A DNA stretch of 64,000 nucleotides from Candidatus Spongiisociaceae bacterium. Its GTDB lineage: Bacteria > Actinomycetota > Acidimicrobiia > Spongiisociales > Spongiisociaceae. The DNA is taken from assembly GCA_965219685.1 (NCBI GenBank), contig CBDCOH010000002.1, positions 320,001 to 384,000 of the forward strand, read 5' to 3'. The notes beneath the pieces are model-generated. The model was not told where the DNA came from and searched no databases. It worked only from the letters and a program-made list of their open reading frames with translations. This document shows, piece by piece, positions 1 through 10,177 of this stretch (the stretch's first letter is position 1; every line of letters starts with the position of its first letter). The translations under genes were made by a program, and so were the position numbers.

Positions 1-75
1 ATCGAGTTGGCCTTCCTCAACGGGCGGGAGTCACTCGACGATGTCGACCTCCACGCCGTCGTCACCTATGCCTGA
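1..75 (+). CDS. apt: Adenine phosphoribosyltransferase, 3' end only (truncated by the window edge)
   Basis: Frame 1 reads IELAFLNGRESLDDVDLHAVVTYA*, typical of an Apt C-terminus. apt precedes rel in actinobacteria. Its stop overlaps the rel start region. Confidence 0.8.
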   Translation: MELAFLNGRESLDDVDLHAVVTYA

Positions 76-2260
76 CGCCGAGGTAGCCCGCCGGCACCGC
101 GACGCCGCTCAGGCTGAATTCGAACCGATCCTCACCGCCATGCGGCGGCACTTCCCCGACGGGAACGAGGACATCGTCGTCCATGCCTACGACGTGGCTC
201 AGCGGACCCACTCGGGCCAGTTCCGCCTCTCCGGCGATCCGTTCATCACCCACCCGATCGCGGTGGCCCTCATCCTCGCCGAGTACGGGCTCGATCCCGA
301 GACCATCGCGGCCGCGCTCCTGCACGACACGGTCGAGGACACCGATCTCACGCTGGAGGAGGTCGAGGAGGCTTTCGGGCCCAACGTGGCCCGCATAACG
401 GACGGGGTGACCAAGCTGGACCGGGTCAAGTTCGACATCTCCCGTGAGGAGGCCCAGGCGGCCACGATCCGCAAGATGGTGGTGTCGATGGCCCAGGACG
501 TGCGGGTCCTGATAATCAAGCTCGTCGACCGGTTGCACAATCTCCAGACCATCCACCCTCTCCCCGTCGAACGCCAGAAGGTGAAGGCACGCGAGAGCCT
601 CGAGATATACGCACCGCTGGCGCACCGCATGGGCTTCCAGGAGATCAAGCACGAGATGGAGAACCGCTCCTTCGCCATCCTGTATCCGGCTCGCTACCAG
701 GAGATCGAGGAGTTGATCCAGCAGCGGGCGCCCGAACGGGAAGTGGTGATCGAGAAGGTCATGACTGAGATCGAGGGCATCATGGCCGGGGTCGGGATCC
801 CCACCGTCCTCGAGGGTCGACCCAAGCACCACTACTCGATATACCGCAAGATGGTCGACAGCCGGCTGTCGTTCGAGGAGATACACGATCTCATCGGGGT
901 CAGGATCAAGGTGAACGAGGTCAAGGACTGCTACGCGGCGCTCGGGCTCGTCCATTCCCGCTGGACGCCGGTACAGGGGAGGTTCAAGGACTACATAGCG
1001 GTGCCCAAGTTCAACCTCTACCAGAGCCTTCATACGACGGTGATCGGTCCGGACGGGAAGCCGCTCGAGGTCCAGATCCGGACCCACGAGATGCACGACC
1101 GGGCCGAATTCGGCATCGCCGCCCACTGGAGGTACAAGGAGGGGGCATCGGGCGCCGACCTCGCGTGGATGGCCGATATCCGCAGGCTCCAGGAGGACTA
1201 CGACGAGCCGGCCGAGTTCCTCGACAACTTGAAGCTCGACCTCTACGAAGACCTGGTGTTCGTGCTCACCCCCCGGGGCGACGTCCGCACCCTCCCCCGG
1301 GGCGCGACCCCGGTGGACTTCGCCTATTCGATCCACACCGAGGTCGGGCACCGGTGCGCGGGCGCCAGGGTCAACGGTCGCCTGGTGGCGCTCTCGACGG
1401 AACTGGCGTCGGGGGACATCGTCGAGATAATCACCACCAAGTCGGACGACTCCGGCCCCACCCGCGACTGGCTCGGGTTCGTCCGGACCTCGAGGGCCCG
1501 TGGGAAGATCAAGCAGTGGTTCACCCGGGCGCGCCGGGAGCTCTCCCTCCAGTCGGGGAAGGACAGGGTCGCCGACCTGATCCGGAGGGAACGTATCCGC
1601 ATGCCGGACGACACCCGTGGCAACGTCCTCGACGAGGTGGCGCTCGCCCTCGGGTACCGCGACATCGAGGCCGTGTACATAGCGGTCGGCGACGGCAACG
1701 TTTCGCCGCAGACGGTGACCAACCGGATCAAGCGGCTGCTGGAAGTACCGGTTGTAGGCGAAGACCTGGAACTCCAGGACACGGTGCGCCGGCGGGCCGA
1801 CCGTCCGGCCGGCGAGGGCGTGATCGTCGAGGGATTCGACGACGTGTGGGTCCGCATCGCCCGCTGCTGCGGACCGGTGCCTGGGGACGACCTGGTGGGC
1901 TTCGTCACGGTCGGGCGGGGTGTCTCGGTCCACAGGGCCGACTGCAGCAACATCATGCGCCTCGGCGACCGGGCCGACCGGATGATCGAAGCGAGTTGGG
2001 CGCCGGGGCAGGTATCGAGCTTCAGCGTCTGGTTCCAGGTGGAGGCCCTCGACCGGCCCAACCTCCTCAGGGATGTGACCTCGGTGATCTCCGATGCGGG
2101 CGGAAACATCGTCGGCGCCTCGTCGAGGACCGACCGGGATCGGGTGGCGGTGCTCCGCTACGAGGTGGAGCTCTCGGACCCCGGGCAGTTGAACCGTGTC
2201 CTGGCCGCCATGCGTCGAGTGGACAACGTCTACGAGGCGTACCGCCTCGGGGCCCGCTGA
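68..2260 (+). CDS. relA: Bifunctional (p)ppGpp synthetase/hydrolase (long RSH)
   Basis: HD motif (LLHDTVED), RFKDYIA.PK.N.YQSLHT, TGS (TPVDFAY.IHT), CC.PVPGD and ACT domains. The ATG at 68 overlaps the apt end. Confidence 0.96.
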   Translation: MPDAEVARRHRDAAQAEFEPILTAMRRHFPDGNEDIVVHAYDVAQRTHSGQFRLSGDPFITHPIAVALILAEYGLDPETIAAALLHDTVEDTDLTLEEVEEAFGPNVARITDGVTKLDRVKFDISREEAQAATIRKMVVSMAQDVRVLIIKLVDRLHNLQTIHPLPVERQKVKARESLEIYAPLAHRMGFQEIKHEMENRSFAILYPARYQEIEELIQQRAPEREVVIEKVMTEIEGIMAGVGIPTVLEGRPKHHYSIYRKMVDSRLSFEEIHDLIGVRIKVNEVKDCYAALGLVHSRWTPVQGRFKDYIAVPKFNLYQSLHTTVIGPDGKPLEVQIRTHEMHDRAEFGIAAHWRYKEGASGADLAWMADIRRLQEDYDEPAEFLDNLKLDLYEDLVFVLTPRGDVRTLPRGATPVDFAYSIHTEVGHRCAGARVNGRLVALSTELASGDIVEIITTKSDDSGPTRDWLGFVRTSRARGKIKQWFTRARRELSLQSGKDRVADLIRRERIRMPDDTRGNVLDEVALALGYRDIEAVYIAVGDGNVSPQTVTNRIKRLLEVPVVGEDLELQDTVRRRADRPAGEGVIVEGFDDVWVRIARCCGPVPGDDLVGFVTVGRGVSVHRADCSNIMRLGDRADRMIEASWAPGQVSSFSVWFQVEALDRPNLLRDVTSVISDAGGNIVGASSRTDRDRVAVLRYEVELSDPGQLNRVLAAMRRVDNVYEAYRLGAR

Positions 2261-2671
2261 CCCCGAACCAGTGAGCTTCGGGCGGGGATCGGTCCCGGCC
2301 CGGAACCTGTTCCCGTCCTCACCGCCGAACGAAGGGGTTGAAGCTGTCACACCGGAGCCGCATACTGGGACCGTTACCAAGCACCTGCGCAGTCCGGGAG
2401 CAGACGTCGGCCCGACTGCCGGAGGGAAAATTCGATATCGAGCGCGCCCACCGGCTCGGCCGGCCGAACGCGCTCCGGTCCCAGGCAAGGTGGTGGTGGG
2501 GGAGGGCCCGAAGGGAACAACCGCCGCGGCGATTTTCGCGGGTTTCCGGGTGGATGGCCCGGGGCGGACGCAGGGTGGGGATCGGGTCGATCATCCGGGC
2601 TCCCCATGTTGAGCCACCGCCGGGCATCCCGATACGCGGTCCGCGGCGGGACACCCTAACCTGCGGCCAGC

Positions 2672-3319
2672 ATGCTCATCGATCAGCTCGAACTATGGAT
2701 GGCGGCCACCAATACCTACGTGGTGGCGCCCGAAGCCGGCGGGCCCGCCGTGGTGGTGGACGCCCCGCCCGACCCGGAGGGCATCGTCTCGTTGTTGACC
2801 GCCCACCGCCTCACCCCGGTGGCGCTGCTGGTGACCCACGGACATGTCGACCATGTCGGAGGGGCCGGCGCCTTCGTCGCGCGCACCGGAGTGACCGCCT
2901 ACGTGCATCCGGACGACGACTACCTGACGCTTCACCCGGTGGAACAGTTGCGCCGGCTGTTCGGATTCGCGCCGCCCGGTGACTACGAGCCCCCCGAGCG
3001 CTACCGTTCGCTTGAGGACGGCCTGGCGCTCGAACTCGCCGGTCTGCGACTCGAAGTCCTGGGCACACCGGGCCACACCCCGGGGCACTGCTGCTTCTAC
3101 CTTGCGGAGGAAGGTATCTTGTTCTCCGGAGACCAGTTGTTCGCCGGGTCCATCGGGCGTACTGATCTCCCCGGAGGCGACTACGAGGTCCTGATGAGAA
3201 GCATGGCGGACAAGGTTCTACCCCTCGGCGACGACGTGAGGGTGCTGCCCGGCCACGGACCCTCAACGATGATCGGCTTGGAGCGGCGCACCAACCCCTT
3301 CCTGGTCGGCCTGCCATGA
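2672..3319 (+). CDS. MBL-fold metallo-hydrolase (glyoxalase II-like)
   Basis: THGHVDH, TPGHTPG, FSGD and PGHG motifs. Usual position upstream of hisS. Confidence 0.9.
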   Translation: MLIDQLELWMAATNTYVVAPEAGGPAVVVDAPPDPEGIVSLLTAHRLTPVALLVTHGHVDHVGGAGAFVARTGVTAYVHPDDDYLTLHPVEQLRRLFGFAPPGDYEPPERYRSLEDGLALELAGLRLEVLGTPGHTPGHCCFYLAEEGILFSGDQLFAGSIGRTDLPGGDYEVLMRSMADKVLPLGDDVRVLPGHGPSTMIGLERRTNPFLVGLP

Positions 3320-4563
3320 GCTTCCGGACGCCGAAGGGCACCGACGACATCATGCCGCCCGAGTCGCGGATGTGGCGGAGCGTGCTGCGGGCGTGGGACA
3401 TCCTGGCCGAGCGGTACGGATACGCGTACGTGGCGACGCCGATCTTCGAGTCCACCGACCTGTTCGCCCGGGGTATGGGCGAGACCACGGAGGTAGTCGA
3501 GAAGCAGATGTACAACTTCCGCGACAAGGGAGGGAGACGGCTGACGCTCCGGCCCGAGATCACCGCCGGGGTGGTGAGGGCCTACATCCAGGCCGGGCGG
3601 TGGGGCGAGTTCAAAGGGGCGTATTCGGGACCCTGCTTCCGCTACGAGCGCCCCCAGGAGGGAAGGAGGCGGCAGTTCTGGCAGCTGGGGGTGGAGTACC
3701 TGGGTACGCCCGATGTCGAAGCCGACCTCGAGGTGATCGAACTCGGTTACCGGTACCTGCTCGACTGCGGTCTGGGGGACGTGGTCGTACAGGTCAACTC
3801 GATCGGGGATCCTCCCGACCGGCTCGCCTATCACTCGGTCCTGTCCGCATGGCTGGACGACCGGGCCGATCAGCTGTCGGGAGACGCCCGGCGGAGGATC
3901 CGCACCAACCCGCTCCGGGTGTTGGACTCCAAGGCGGACCGGGAGGTCGTGGCGGGCGCGCCGGTCCCGGTCGACCATCTGGGCGAGGCCGCGGCCTCCC
4001 ATCATGACGACTTGATCGAGGGACTGCAGGAGCGAGGGATCGCTTACGAGGAGGACCCGCGCCTGGTCCGGGGGCTGGACTACTACAACCGCACCGTGTT
4101 CGAGTACATCCCGCCCTCCTACCAGGCGGCCCAGAACGCGGTGGGAGGGGGTGGTCGCTACGACGGCCTGTCACGACTCCTCGGTGGACCCGACGTTCCC
4201 GGCGTCGGCCTGGCGCTCGGCCTCGACCGCATCCTGGCTGCGGTGGGAAGCCGCCCCCCGGCGCGGGCACTTGACGTGTTCCTGGTGGTGGCGGATCAGG
4301 AACGCCGCAGCTTGGCCCAGGCCTTCGCCCGCCGGCTCCGCTCCGCGGGTGTGCGGTGCGATCTGGTGGCCGGTCGGCGCTCCGTCAAGGCCCAGTTCCG
4401 GGCGGCCAACCGCCGTGACGCGGCCGCCGCGGTCGTGATCGGCAGCGAGTGGGACGCCGGACTGGTCACCGTCAAGGACCTGAGCTCGGGGGATGAGCGA
4501 ACCATGCCCGCGGGCGAGGTGGTCTCCTGGGTGAAAGGCGTTCCCGCAGGAGGTGACAGGTGA
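3316..4563 (+). CDS. hisS: Histidine--tRNA ligase
   Basis: PKGT.D, LRPE.TA, FRYERPQ.GR.RQF, LVRGLDYY and GGGRYDGL. Confidence 0.97.
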   Translation: MSFRTPKGTDDIMPPESRMWRSVLRAWDILAERYGYAYVATPIFESTDLFARGMGETTEVVEKQMYNFRDKGGRRLTLRPEITAGVVRAYIQAGRWGEFKGAYSGPCFRYERPQEGRRRQFWQLGVEYLGTPDVEADLEVIELGYRYLLDCGLGDVVVQVNSIGDPPDRLAYHSVLSAWLDDRADQLSGDARRRIRTNPLRVLDSKADREVVAGAPVPVDHLGEAAASHHDDLIEGLQERGIAYEEDPRLVRGLDYYNRTVFEYIPPSYQAAQNAVGGGGRYDGLSRLLGGPDVPGVGLALGLDRILAAVGSRPPARALDVFLVVADQERRSLAQAFARRLRSAGVRCDLVAGRRSVKAQFRAANRRDAAAAVVIGSEWDAGLVTVKDLSSGDERTMPAGEVVSWVKGVPAGGDR

Positions 4564-6341
4564 CCGTCTACCGCTCTCATGCCGCAGGCGAGCTGCGCTC
4601 CGACCAGGCGGGTACGGATGTCAAACTGGCGGGATGGGTGGCCCGGGTCCGGAACCTCGGGGGCATCTCGTTCTTCGACCTCCGGGACGCGACCGGAGTG
4701 GTCCAGGTGGTGGTCGACCCGGCTTCGGTTCCCGCTGCCTCCGGGTTGCGGATGGAGTATTGCGTGGCGGTCGAGGGGACGGTCCGCCCCAGGCCCGAAG
4801 GGACCGAGAAGCCCGAGCTGGCAACCGGGGATATCGAGGTGGCGGCCGACCGTCTCGAGGTGTTGAGCGCCTCTGCGCCGCTCCCCTTCATGATCGATGA
4901 CCGTTCCGAAGCCGAGGAGCGGATCAGGCTCCGCCATCGGTACCTCGACCTGCGGCGTCCCCGGATGGCCGCCAACCTGCAGGCCCGCTCGTCGGCCATC
5001 CGGGCCATCCGTGAGACCCTCGACGGGATGGGATTCCTCGATGTGGAGACCCCCACCCTGGTGAATTCCACCCCTGAAGGGGCGCGGGACTTCCTCGTGC
5101 CGAGCCGGCTGCGCCCCGGCCACTTCTACGCCCTTCCTCAGAGCCCCCAGTTGTTCAAGCAGCTGCTGATGATCGCCGGCGTGGAGCGTTACTACCAGAT
5201 CGCCCGCTGCTACCGGGACGAGGACACACGCGCCGACCGCCAGGTGGAGTTCACCCAACTGGATCTCGAAGGCTCGTTCTGGGGCCGGGACGACGTCCTC
5301 GACGTCATCGAGCAGGTGGTGGTGGCGGTCGTGGAGCGGCTCCGCGGCGTCGAGGTCGCCCTCCCGTTGCCCCGGCTCACGTACCGGGAGGCAATGGCCC
5401 GGTACGGGACCGACAAGCCCGACCTGCGCTTCGGGATGGAGATCGCCGACCTCTCGGAGGTGTTCGCCGGTACCGGGTTCCGCGGGTTCGGCCAGGTCCT
5501 CGCATGCGGCGGGGTCGTACGGGGGATCAACGCAGCCGACCGGAAGGCTTCACGTGCGGAGCTGGACGGCCTCGTGGAGCGCGCCAAGAGCCTGGGTGCT
5601 GCAGGTCTGGTATGGGCGGTGGTACGGGACGACGGCGGGCTGCGGTCGCCGGTGGCCAAGTTCTTGAGCGCGAAGGAGAAGGCCGGGATGGTCCGGGCCC
5701 TTGAAGCCTCGCCGGGGGACGTTCTGCTACTGGTGGCAGACTCGGCGGAGGTTGCCTCGAAGGTGCTGGGGACGATCCGACTCGACCTGGGGAGCCCCGA
5801 GGATCACGAGTCGCTGTACTTTCTGTGGGTGGTGGACTTCCCTGTGTTCGAGCTCACCGAGCAGGGGGATCTGGCGCCATCCCACCACCCGTTCACCGCG
5901 CCGGTCTCGGTGGAGGAGATGCGCGAGCGACCCTCGCAGGCGGTGGCCCAGGCCTACGACCTGGTCCTGAACGGGTCGGAACTCGGATCGGGTTCGGTGA
6001 GGATCCACGACCCGGCGGTCCAGCGGGCGGTCTTCGAGATCCTCGGCATCTCCGAGGATGAGGCGGAGTCGAGGTTCGGCTGGTTCCTAGAGGCCCTCCG
6101 GTACGGAACTCCTCCCCATGCCGGCTTCGCCATCGGGATCGATCGCCTCGTCGCCATCCTCCAGAACGAGTCGAGCATCAGGGAGGTAATCCCGTTTCCC
6201 AAGACGCAGAGCGGCGGCGACCCGCTCACCACCGCTCCGACCCGCGTCGTCGACGCGCAGCTGGGCGAGTTGGGAATCGATCTGGCGGCCGAGACGAAGG
6301 CTGCGCTGAGCGACGGACCGGCCGCTCCTCCCCGGGCCTGA
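4560..6341 (+). CDS. aspS: Aspartate--tRNA ligase
   Basis: STPEGARDF, YALPQSPQLFKQLLM, HHPFT, GTPPHAG and VIPFPKT. Confidence 0.97.
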   Translation: MTVYRSHAAGELRSDQAGTDVKLAGWVARVRNLGGISFFDLRDATGVVQVVVDPASVPAASGLRMEYCVAVEGTVRPRPEGTEKPELATGDIEVAADRLEVLSASAPLPFMIDDRSEAEERIRLRHRYLDLRRPRMAANLQARSSAIRAIRETLDGMGFLDVETPTLVNSTPEGARDFLVPSRLRPGHFYALPQSPQLFKQLLMIAGVERYYQIARCYRDEDTRADRQVEFTQLDLEGSFWGRDDVLDVIEQVVVAVVERLRGVEVALPLPRLTYREAMARYGTDKPDLRFGMEIADLSEVFAGTGFRGFGQVLACGGVVRGINAADRKASRAELDGLVERAKSLGAAGLVWAVVRDDGGLRSPVAKFLSAKEKAGMVRALEASPGDVLLLVADSAEVASKVLGTIRLDLGSPEDHESLYFLWVVDFPVFELTEQGDLAPSHHPFTAPVSVEEMRERPSQAVAQAYDLVLNGSELGSGSVRIHDPAVQRAVFEILGISEDEAESRFGWFLEALRYGTPPHAGFAIGIDRLVAILQNESSIREVIPFPKTQSGGDPLTTAPTRVVDAQLGELGIDLAAETKAALSDGPAAPPRA

Positions 6342-6369
6342 TGCTACTTCGGGCCGGTCACCGGCCACC

Positions 6370-7728
6370 ATGACCGATCTCTTCGCCTCGGTCAGGGAGG
6401 AACGCCGCCGGATGTCGGCGCCGCTCGCCGACCGGATGCGTCCGAGCACCCTCGACGAGGTAGTGGGGCAATCCGACCTGCTGGGCCGGGGAGCGGCATT
6501 CCGGACGATGGTGGAGCGCGGCCACCTCGTCTCGATCATCCTCTTCGGTCCGCCCGGCACGGGGAAGACCACCCTGGCCCGCCTCGTCGCGTCCGAGACC
6601 CGAGCCGCGTTCGAGCAACTCACCGCCAGCTCCCACGGCGTCAAGGATGTGCGCCGGGTGCTGGCCGGGGCGGAGCGGCGGCTGGAGACCGACGAGGGGC
6701 GGACGGTCCTGTTCCTCGACGAGATCCACCGCTTCAACAAGGCGCAGCAGGACGCGCTGCTCCCTGCGGTGGAGGACGGGACCGTCGTACTCGTCGGGGC
6801 CACCACCGAGAACCCCTTCTTCGAGGTGAACTCCCCTCTGATAAGCCGGTGCACTCTGTTCCGTCTGGAACCGCTGGCGGCCACCGAACTGCGAGACCTG
6901 CTGGAACGGGCTCTGGCCGATCCCGACCGGGGTCTGGGCTCAGCGGGGATGACGATCGACGAAGGCGCGGCGACGGCACTCGCCGAGCGAGCCGGGGGGG
7001 ATGCCAGGCTGGCGCTCAACACCCTGGAGGTCGCGTCCATCGTCGCCGCGGGGAAGAGCCGTTCCGAGATCACCTTTGACGACGTCGAGGAGGCCCTTCA
7101 GCGCCGGATCGTCCGCTACGACAAGAAGGGGGACCGCCACTACGACGTGATCTCCGCCTTCATCAAGTCGCTGCGAGGCTCCGATCCCGACGCGGCTCTC
7201 TACTGGCTGCACACCATGCTGGCTGCCGGGGAGGACCCGGAGTTCATCGCTCGCCGGATGGTGATCTTCGCCTCGGAGGACATCGGTCTGGCCGACCCGG
7301 AGGCCTTGGGCCAGGCGGTCGGGGCGGCTCAGGCGCTGGCGTTCGTAGGCCTGCCGGAAGCCGCCTACAACCTCTCCCAGGCCGCGGTGTACCTGGCCGC
7401 CGCACCCAAGTCCGACTCCGTCAAGGCGGCGATGGGCAAGGCCCGGCGCATCGTGGAGGAGACACCGGGTGCCACGGTTCCGCCCCACCTCCGCTCCACC
7501 GGGGGACGACTGGTCTCCTCGCTCGTCGACGGTCGCCGTCCCGGCTACCGGGATCCGCACGCAGGCCAGGTACACCTGGTGGCCCAGCAATACCTGCCCG
7601 AGGAGGCGCTCGGTCGTGTCATCTACAGCCCGACCAGGCAGGGAAGCGAAGCCGAAGTCGCCGACCGGCTGGACGAATGGGACCGCCTCCTCGGCCGCCC
7701 CCCTCGCCACACCGCACCGGAAGATTAG
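6370..7728 (+). CDS. rarA: Replication-associated recombination protein A (RarA/MgsA AAA+ ATPase)
   Basis: PLADRMRP, GPPGTGKTT, DEIHRFNKAQQDALL and YD.ISAFIKSLRGSDPDAA. Confidence 0.95.
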   Translation: MTDLFASVREERRRMSAPLADRMRPSTLDEVVGQSDLLGRGAAFRTMVERGHLVSIILFGPPGTGKTTLARLVASETRAAFEQLTASSHGVKDVRRVLAGAERRLETDEGRTVLFLDEIHRFNKAQQDALLPAVEDGTVVLVGATTENPFFEVNSPLISRCTLFRLEPLAATELRDLLERALADPDRGLGSAGMTIDEGAATALAERAGGDARLALNTLEVASIVAAGKSRSEITFDDVEEALQRRIVRYDKKGDRHYDVISAFIKSLRGSDPDAALYWLHTMLAAGEDPEFIARRMVIFASEDIGLADPEALGQAVGAAQALAFVGLPEAAYNLSQAAVYLAAAPKSDSVKAAMGKARRIVEETPGATVPPHLRSTGGRLVSSLVDGRRPGYRDPHAGQVHLVAQQYLPEEALGRVIYSPTRQGSEAEVADRLDEWDRLLGRPPRHTAPED

Positions 7729-7757
7729 TCCCCAAGACCCTCCGATCGGGTAAGCAA

Positions 7758-7781
7758 GAGCATATGTGTTACCATATGCTC
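7758..7781 (+). promoter_or_regulatory. TA operator palindrome overlapping the -10 box
   Basis: Perfect 9-bp inverted repeat GAGCATATG-N6-CATATGCTC directly before the antitoxin ATG. TACCAT -10 at 7770-7775. Confidence 0.75.
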
Positions 7782-8027
7782 ATGGCGCGCCGCGAGGTTC
7801 TAGTACAACTTGATGACAGCCTTGTGGACCAGTTGGACCTCCTGGCCAAGGCATCGGGTACGAATCGTTCCGAACTCCTCCGGCGCGGTGCTCGAGCAGT
7901 GATCGCAGCCGAGGAGGCAGCGGCTGCTGACCGGGAACTGGCCGATGCGTACCGGCGTCACCCCCTGGATCCGGCGCTCATTCGATCAGCGGCCCGACTC
8001 GCAGCCCGAACCGCGCCCGAGTGGTAG
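7782..8027 (+). CDS. Ribbon-helix-helix antitoxin (MazE-like)
   Basis: MARREVLVQLDDSLVDQLD...NRSELLRRG fits the RHH pattern. Abuts a MazF-like gene. Confidence 0.85.
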   Translation: MARREVLVQLDDSLVDQLDLLAKASGTNRSELLRRGARAVIAAEEAAAADRELADAYRRHPLDPALIRSAARLAARTAPEW

Positions 8028-8351
8028 GTGGTCTCGCGGACCGAGATCTACTGGGCCGATCTCGGTCCGCCCGCCGGAAGACGGCCAGTGTGCGTGGTAA
8101 CGCGCAACGCAGCCGCCGCCGTACTTACTTCTGTGACCTGCGCGCCGATTATCCGAACAGTGCGCGGTATTGGCTCTGAGGTCGAGGTGGGCCCCGAAGA
8201 AGGATTGCCGGAACCTTGCGCCATCAACTGCGACAGTCTCATCACCGTTCCTATCTCGCATCTCGATCCCCGCCCGGTGGGACGGCTCGGGGAGTTCAAG
8301 AGAGCTGAGATGGACCGGGCCCTTCGCTACGCGCTCGACATCCTCTACTGA
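8028..8351 (+). CDS. mazF: PemK/MazF family toxin
   Basis: R.EIYWADL..P.GRRPV.VV.R, V.CAPI and AINCD.L.TV. Confidence 0.9.
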   Translation: MVSRTEIYWADLGPPAGRRPVCVVTRNAAAAVLTSVTCAPIIRTVRGIGSEVEVGPEEGLPEPCAINCDSLITVPISHLDPRPVGRLGEFKRAEMDRALRYALDILY

Positions 8352-8423
8352 GCGTTGTGCCAGGGAACGATTCACTGCCTGCTGCCCGCTGTCCATCGCC
8401 CAATCCTTGGCCGCGAGTTGCCG

Positions 8424-9752
8424 ATGGTCGATAAGGATCCTGTGAAGGCGGTGGGGAGGCCGACCCGGGCATGGCTCCCGCTGCTCGGGGTTCTCCTGGC
8501 GTCGGCTGTGGCCGCGGGCGGGTGCTCGGTGCTCGACTCCACGGTCCTTCCGGACGACGGCTCCCCTCCGGTGTCCGCCGATACGACCGGGACGGCGGGA
8601 GTGGACTCGCCTTCCGGGTCGGCCGATCCCCCCGTGCCGGATACGGCGGCTCCGGTCGAGCCTCCCGGAGACGCGGCGGATGCGCCAACGTCGACCGCGC
8701 CGACGACGACCACTCTTCCGTACGTCGAACCGTCGCGCGAGTGGACGTTGCTCGCCGGCGGTGACGTGCTGATGGACCGGTCCGAGCCGTCGGGTGTGGA
8801 TCCGTTCGAGTTCATCGAACCTACCCTGGACTCTGCGGACCTGGCGGTTGTCAACTCGGAGATGGCGATCAGCGACCGCGGCGAGCCCCTCGACAAACAG
8901 TACGTTTTCCGCGCTCCGCCTTCAGCCGCCCGGCGGATCGCCTCGGCCGGGATCGATGTCGTCAGCCTGGCCAACAACCACGCCATGGACTACGGTCCGG
9001 CCGCGCTGGTGGACACCGTCGACCTGCTGGAGAGTGCCGGTGTGATCGCTCTCGGGGCCGGGGCCGACAGGACGGACGCCTACCGCTACCGGATTCTGCC
9101 TGTCTACGACGATGTGCACGTCGCCTTCGTGGGCGTCTCCATGATCGTTCCCCGGGGTTTCCCGGCCGGTCCTGATTCTGCGGGAATCGCGTCGGCGCGC
9201 CCGCCGTCCCGGGTTCTGGACAGCGTCCGGTCGGCCTCCCGGCTCTCAGACGTGGTCATCGCCGTGGTCCACTGGGGGGTTGAGCGCAGCACCTGTCCGA
9301 GCGACGCGCAGCGGGCGTTCGCCAGGGACCTGATGGACGCCGGCGCCGACGCGGTGATCGGTCACCATCCCCACGTCCTGCAGCCGGTCGAATTCGCCGG
9401 AGGCAGGCTGGTCGCCTATTCCCTGGGCAACTTCGTGTGGCATCCGAGATGGGGCATCACGGGCGAGACCGGCGTGCTGCAGATCGACTTCGACGCGGAT
9501 GAGATCGTGGGTTGGACCTTCCATCCGCACCTGCTCGACGACAACGGCGCGCCGGTTCCTGTGAACGGGGGCGGCCGGTTTGACCGGATCGTCGACATCA
9601 TCGGCGGTGACTGCGAGCGGCACCAGCCGCCGCCGCCGTCAACCACCACCACCACGTCGACGGTGACCGCGACGTCCACCACAGAGCCGGCTCCTAGCGA
9701 GACTTCAACGACATCTATGGAAGCGACGGACACCACCACCGTCGACGGCTAG
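8424..9752 (+). CDS. CapA/PGA_cap family metallophosphoesterase, exported, with Pro/Thr-rich linkers
   Basis: Hydrophobic signal ending AGGC. GDV, LANNHAMDYG, HWG.E, GHHPHV.Q and YSLGNF motifs. Start uncertain (8355 or 8424). Confidence 0.85.
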   Translation: MVDKDPVKAVGRPTRAWLPLLGVLLASAVAAGGCSVLDSTVLPDDGSPPVSADTTGTAGVDSPSGSADPPVPDTAAPVEPPGDAADAPTSTAPTTTTLPYVEPSREWTLLAGGDVLMDRSEPSGVDPFEFIEPTLDSADLAVVNSEMAISDRGEPLDKQYVFRAPPSAARRIASAGIDVVSLANNHAMDYGPAALVDTVDLLESAGVIALGAGADRTDAYRYRILPVYDDVHVAFVGVSMIVPRGFPAGPDSAGIASARPPSRVLDSVRSASRLSDVVIAVVHWGVERSTCPSDAQRAFARDLMDAGADAVIGHHPHVLQPVEFAGGRLVAYSLGNFVWHPRWGITGETGVLQIDFDADEIVGWTFHPHLLDDNGAPVPVNGGGRFDRIVDIIGGDCERHQPPPPSTTTTTSTVTATSTTEPAPSETSTTSMEATDTTTVDG

Positions 9753-9925
9753 CCCTCCCGACACACCGCCCGGACTCCCTATTGGTACCTTGCAGTAACG
9801 GTGTTGGCGGAGTGGCCAACGTCGGCCGCGAAGGGCTCAGCTTGTCCGGTTCTATTAGGGAATGTCGCTGTGGGCTGATAGTGTTGTTTGTAGTGAGTGA
9901 CCTAGGAGGAAGCGAGCCTCTTGCC

Positions 9926-10177
9926 ATGGTGTTGGCCGAGCGGGCACCGAGTGTTGAGAGCCCGAGGACCATTAGCCCGCGTGCTGGGACCGATCACGAT
10001 GTGGAGGTCTTCGTCCTGAACCCCGGAGAGCTCGAGGAGACGATCAGCCGCACCCTCGACAGCGCGGGATGCACGTTGGACCAATTGCGAGAAGAGGCAC
10101 GCTCGGGCGAGTTCTCCAGCGAGTCCAACTGGCGCCTGTGGTTCTGCATTTCTCCTTTTGTCGAGCCAGCACGCTGA
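9926..10177 (+). CDS. Small hypothetical protein (83 aa), possible antitoxin-like partner of the next gene
   Basis: AGGAGG at 9904 upstream of the ATG. Overlaps the downstream ORF by 20 nt. Visibly lower GC than the flanks. Confidence 0.6.
   Translation: MVLAERAPSVESPRTISPRAGTDHDVEVFVLNPGELEETISRTLDSAGCTLDQLREEARSGEFSSESNWRLWFCISPFVEPAR

Noticed and set aside
62-2488. Long antisense and alternate-frame ORFs (e.g. 808 aa here, 669 aa opposite alaS, 697 aa opposite rpe/rib)
   Set aside because: Shadow ORFs caused by high-GC codon bias opposite well-supported genes.
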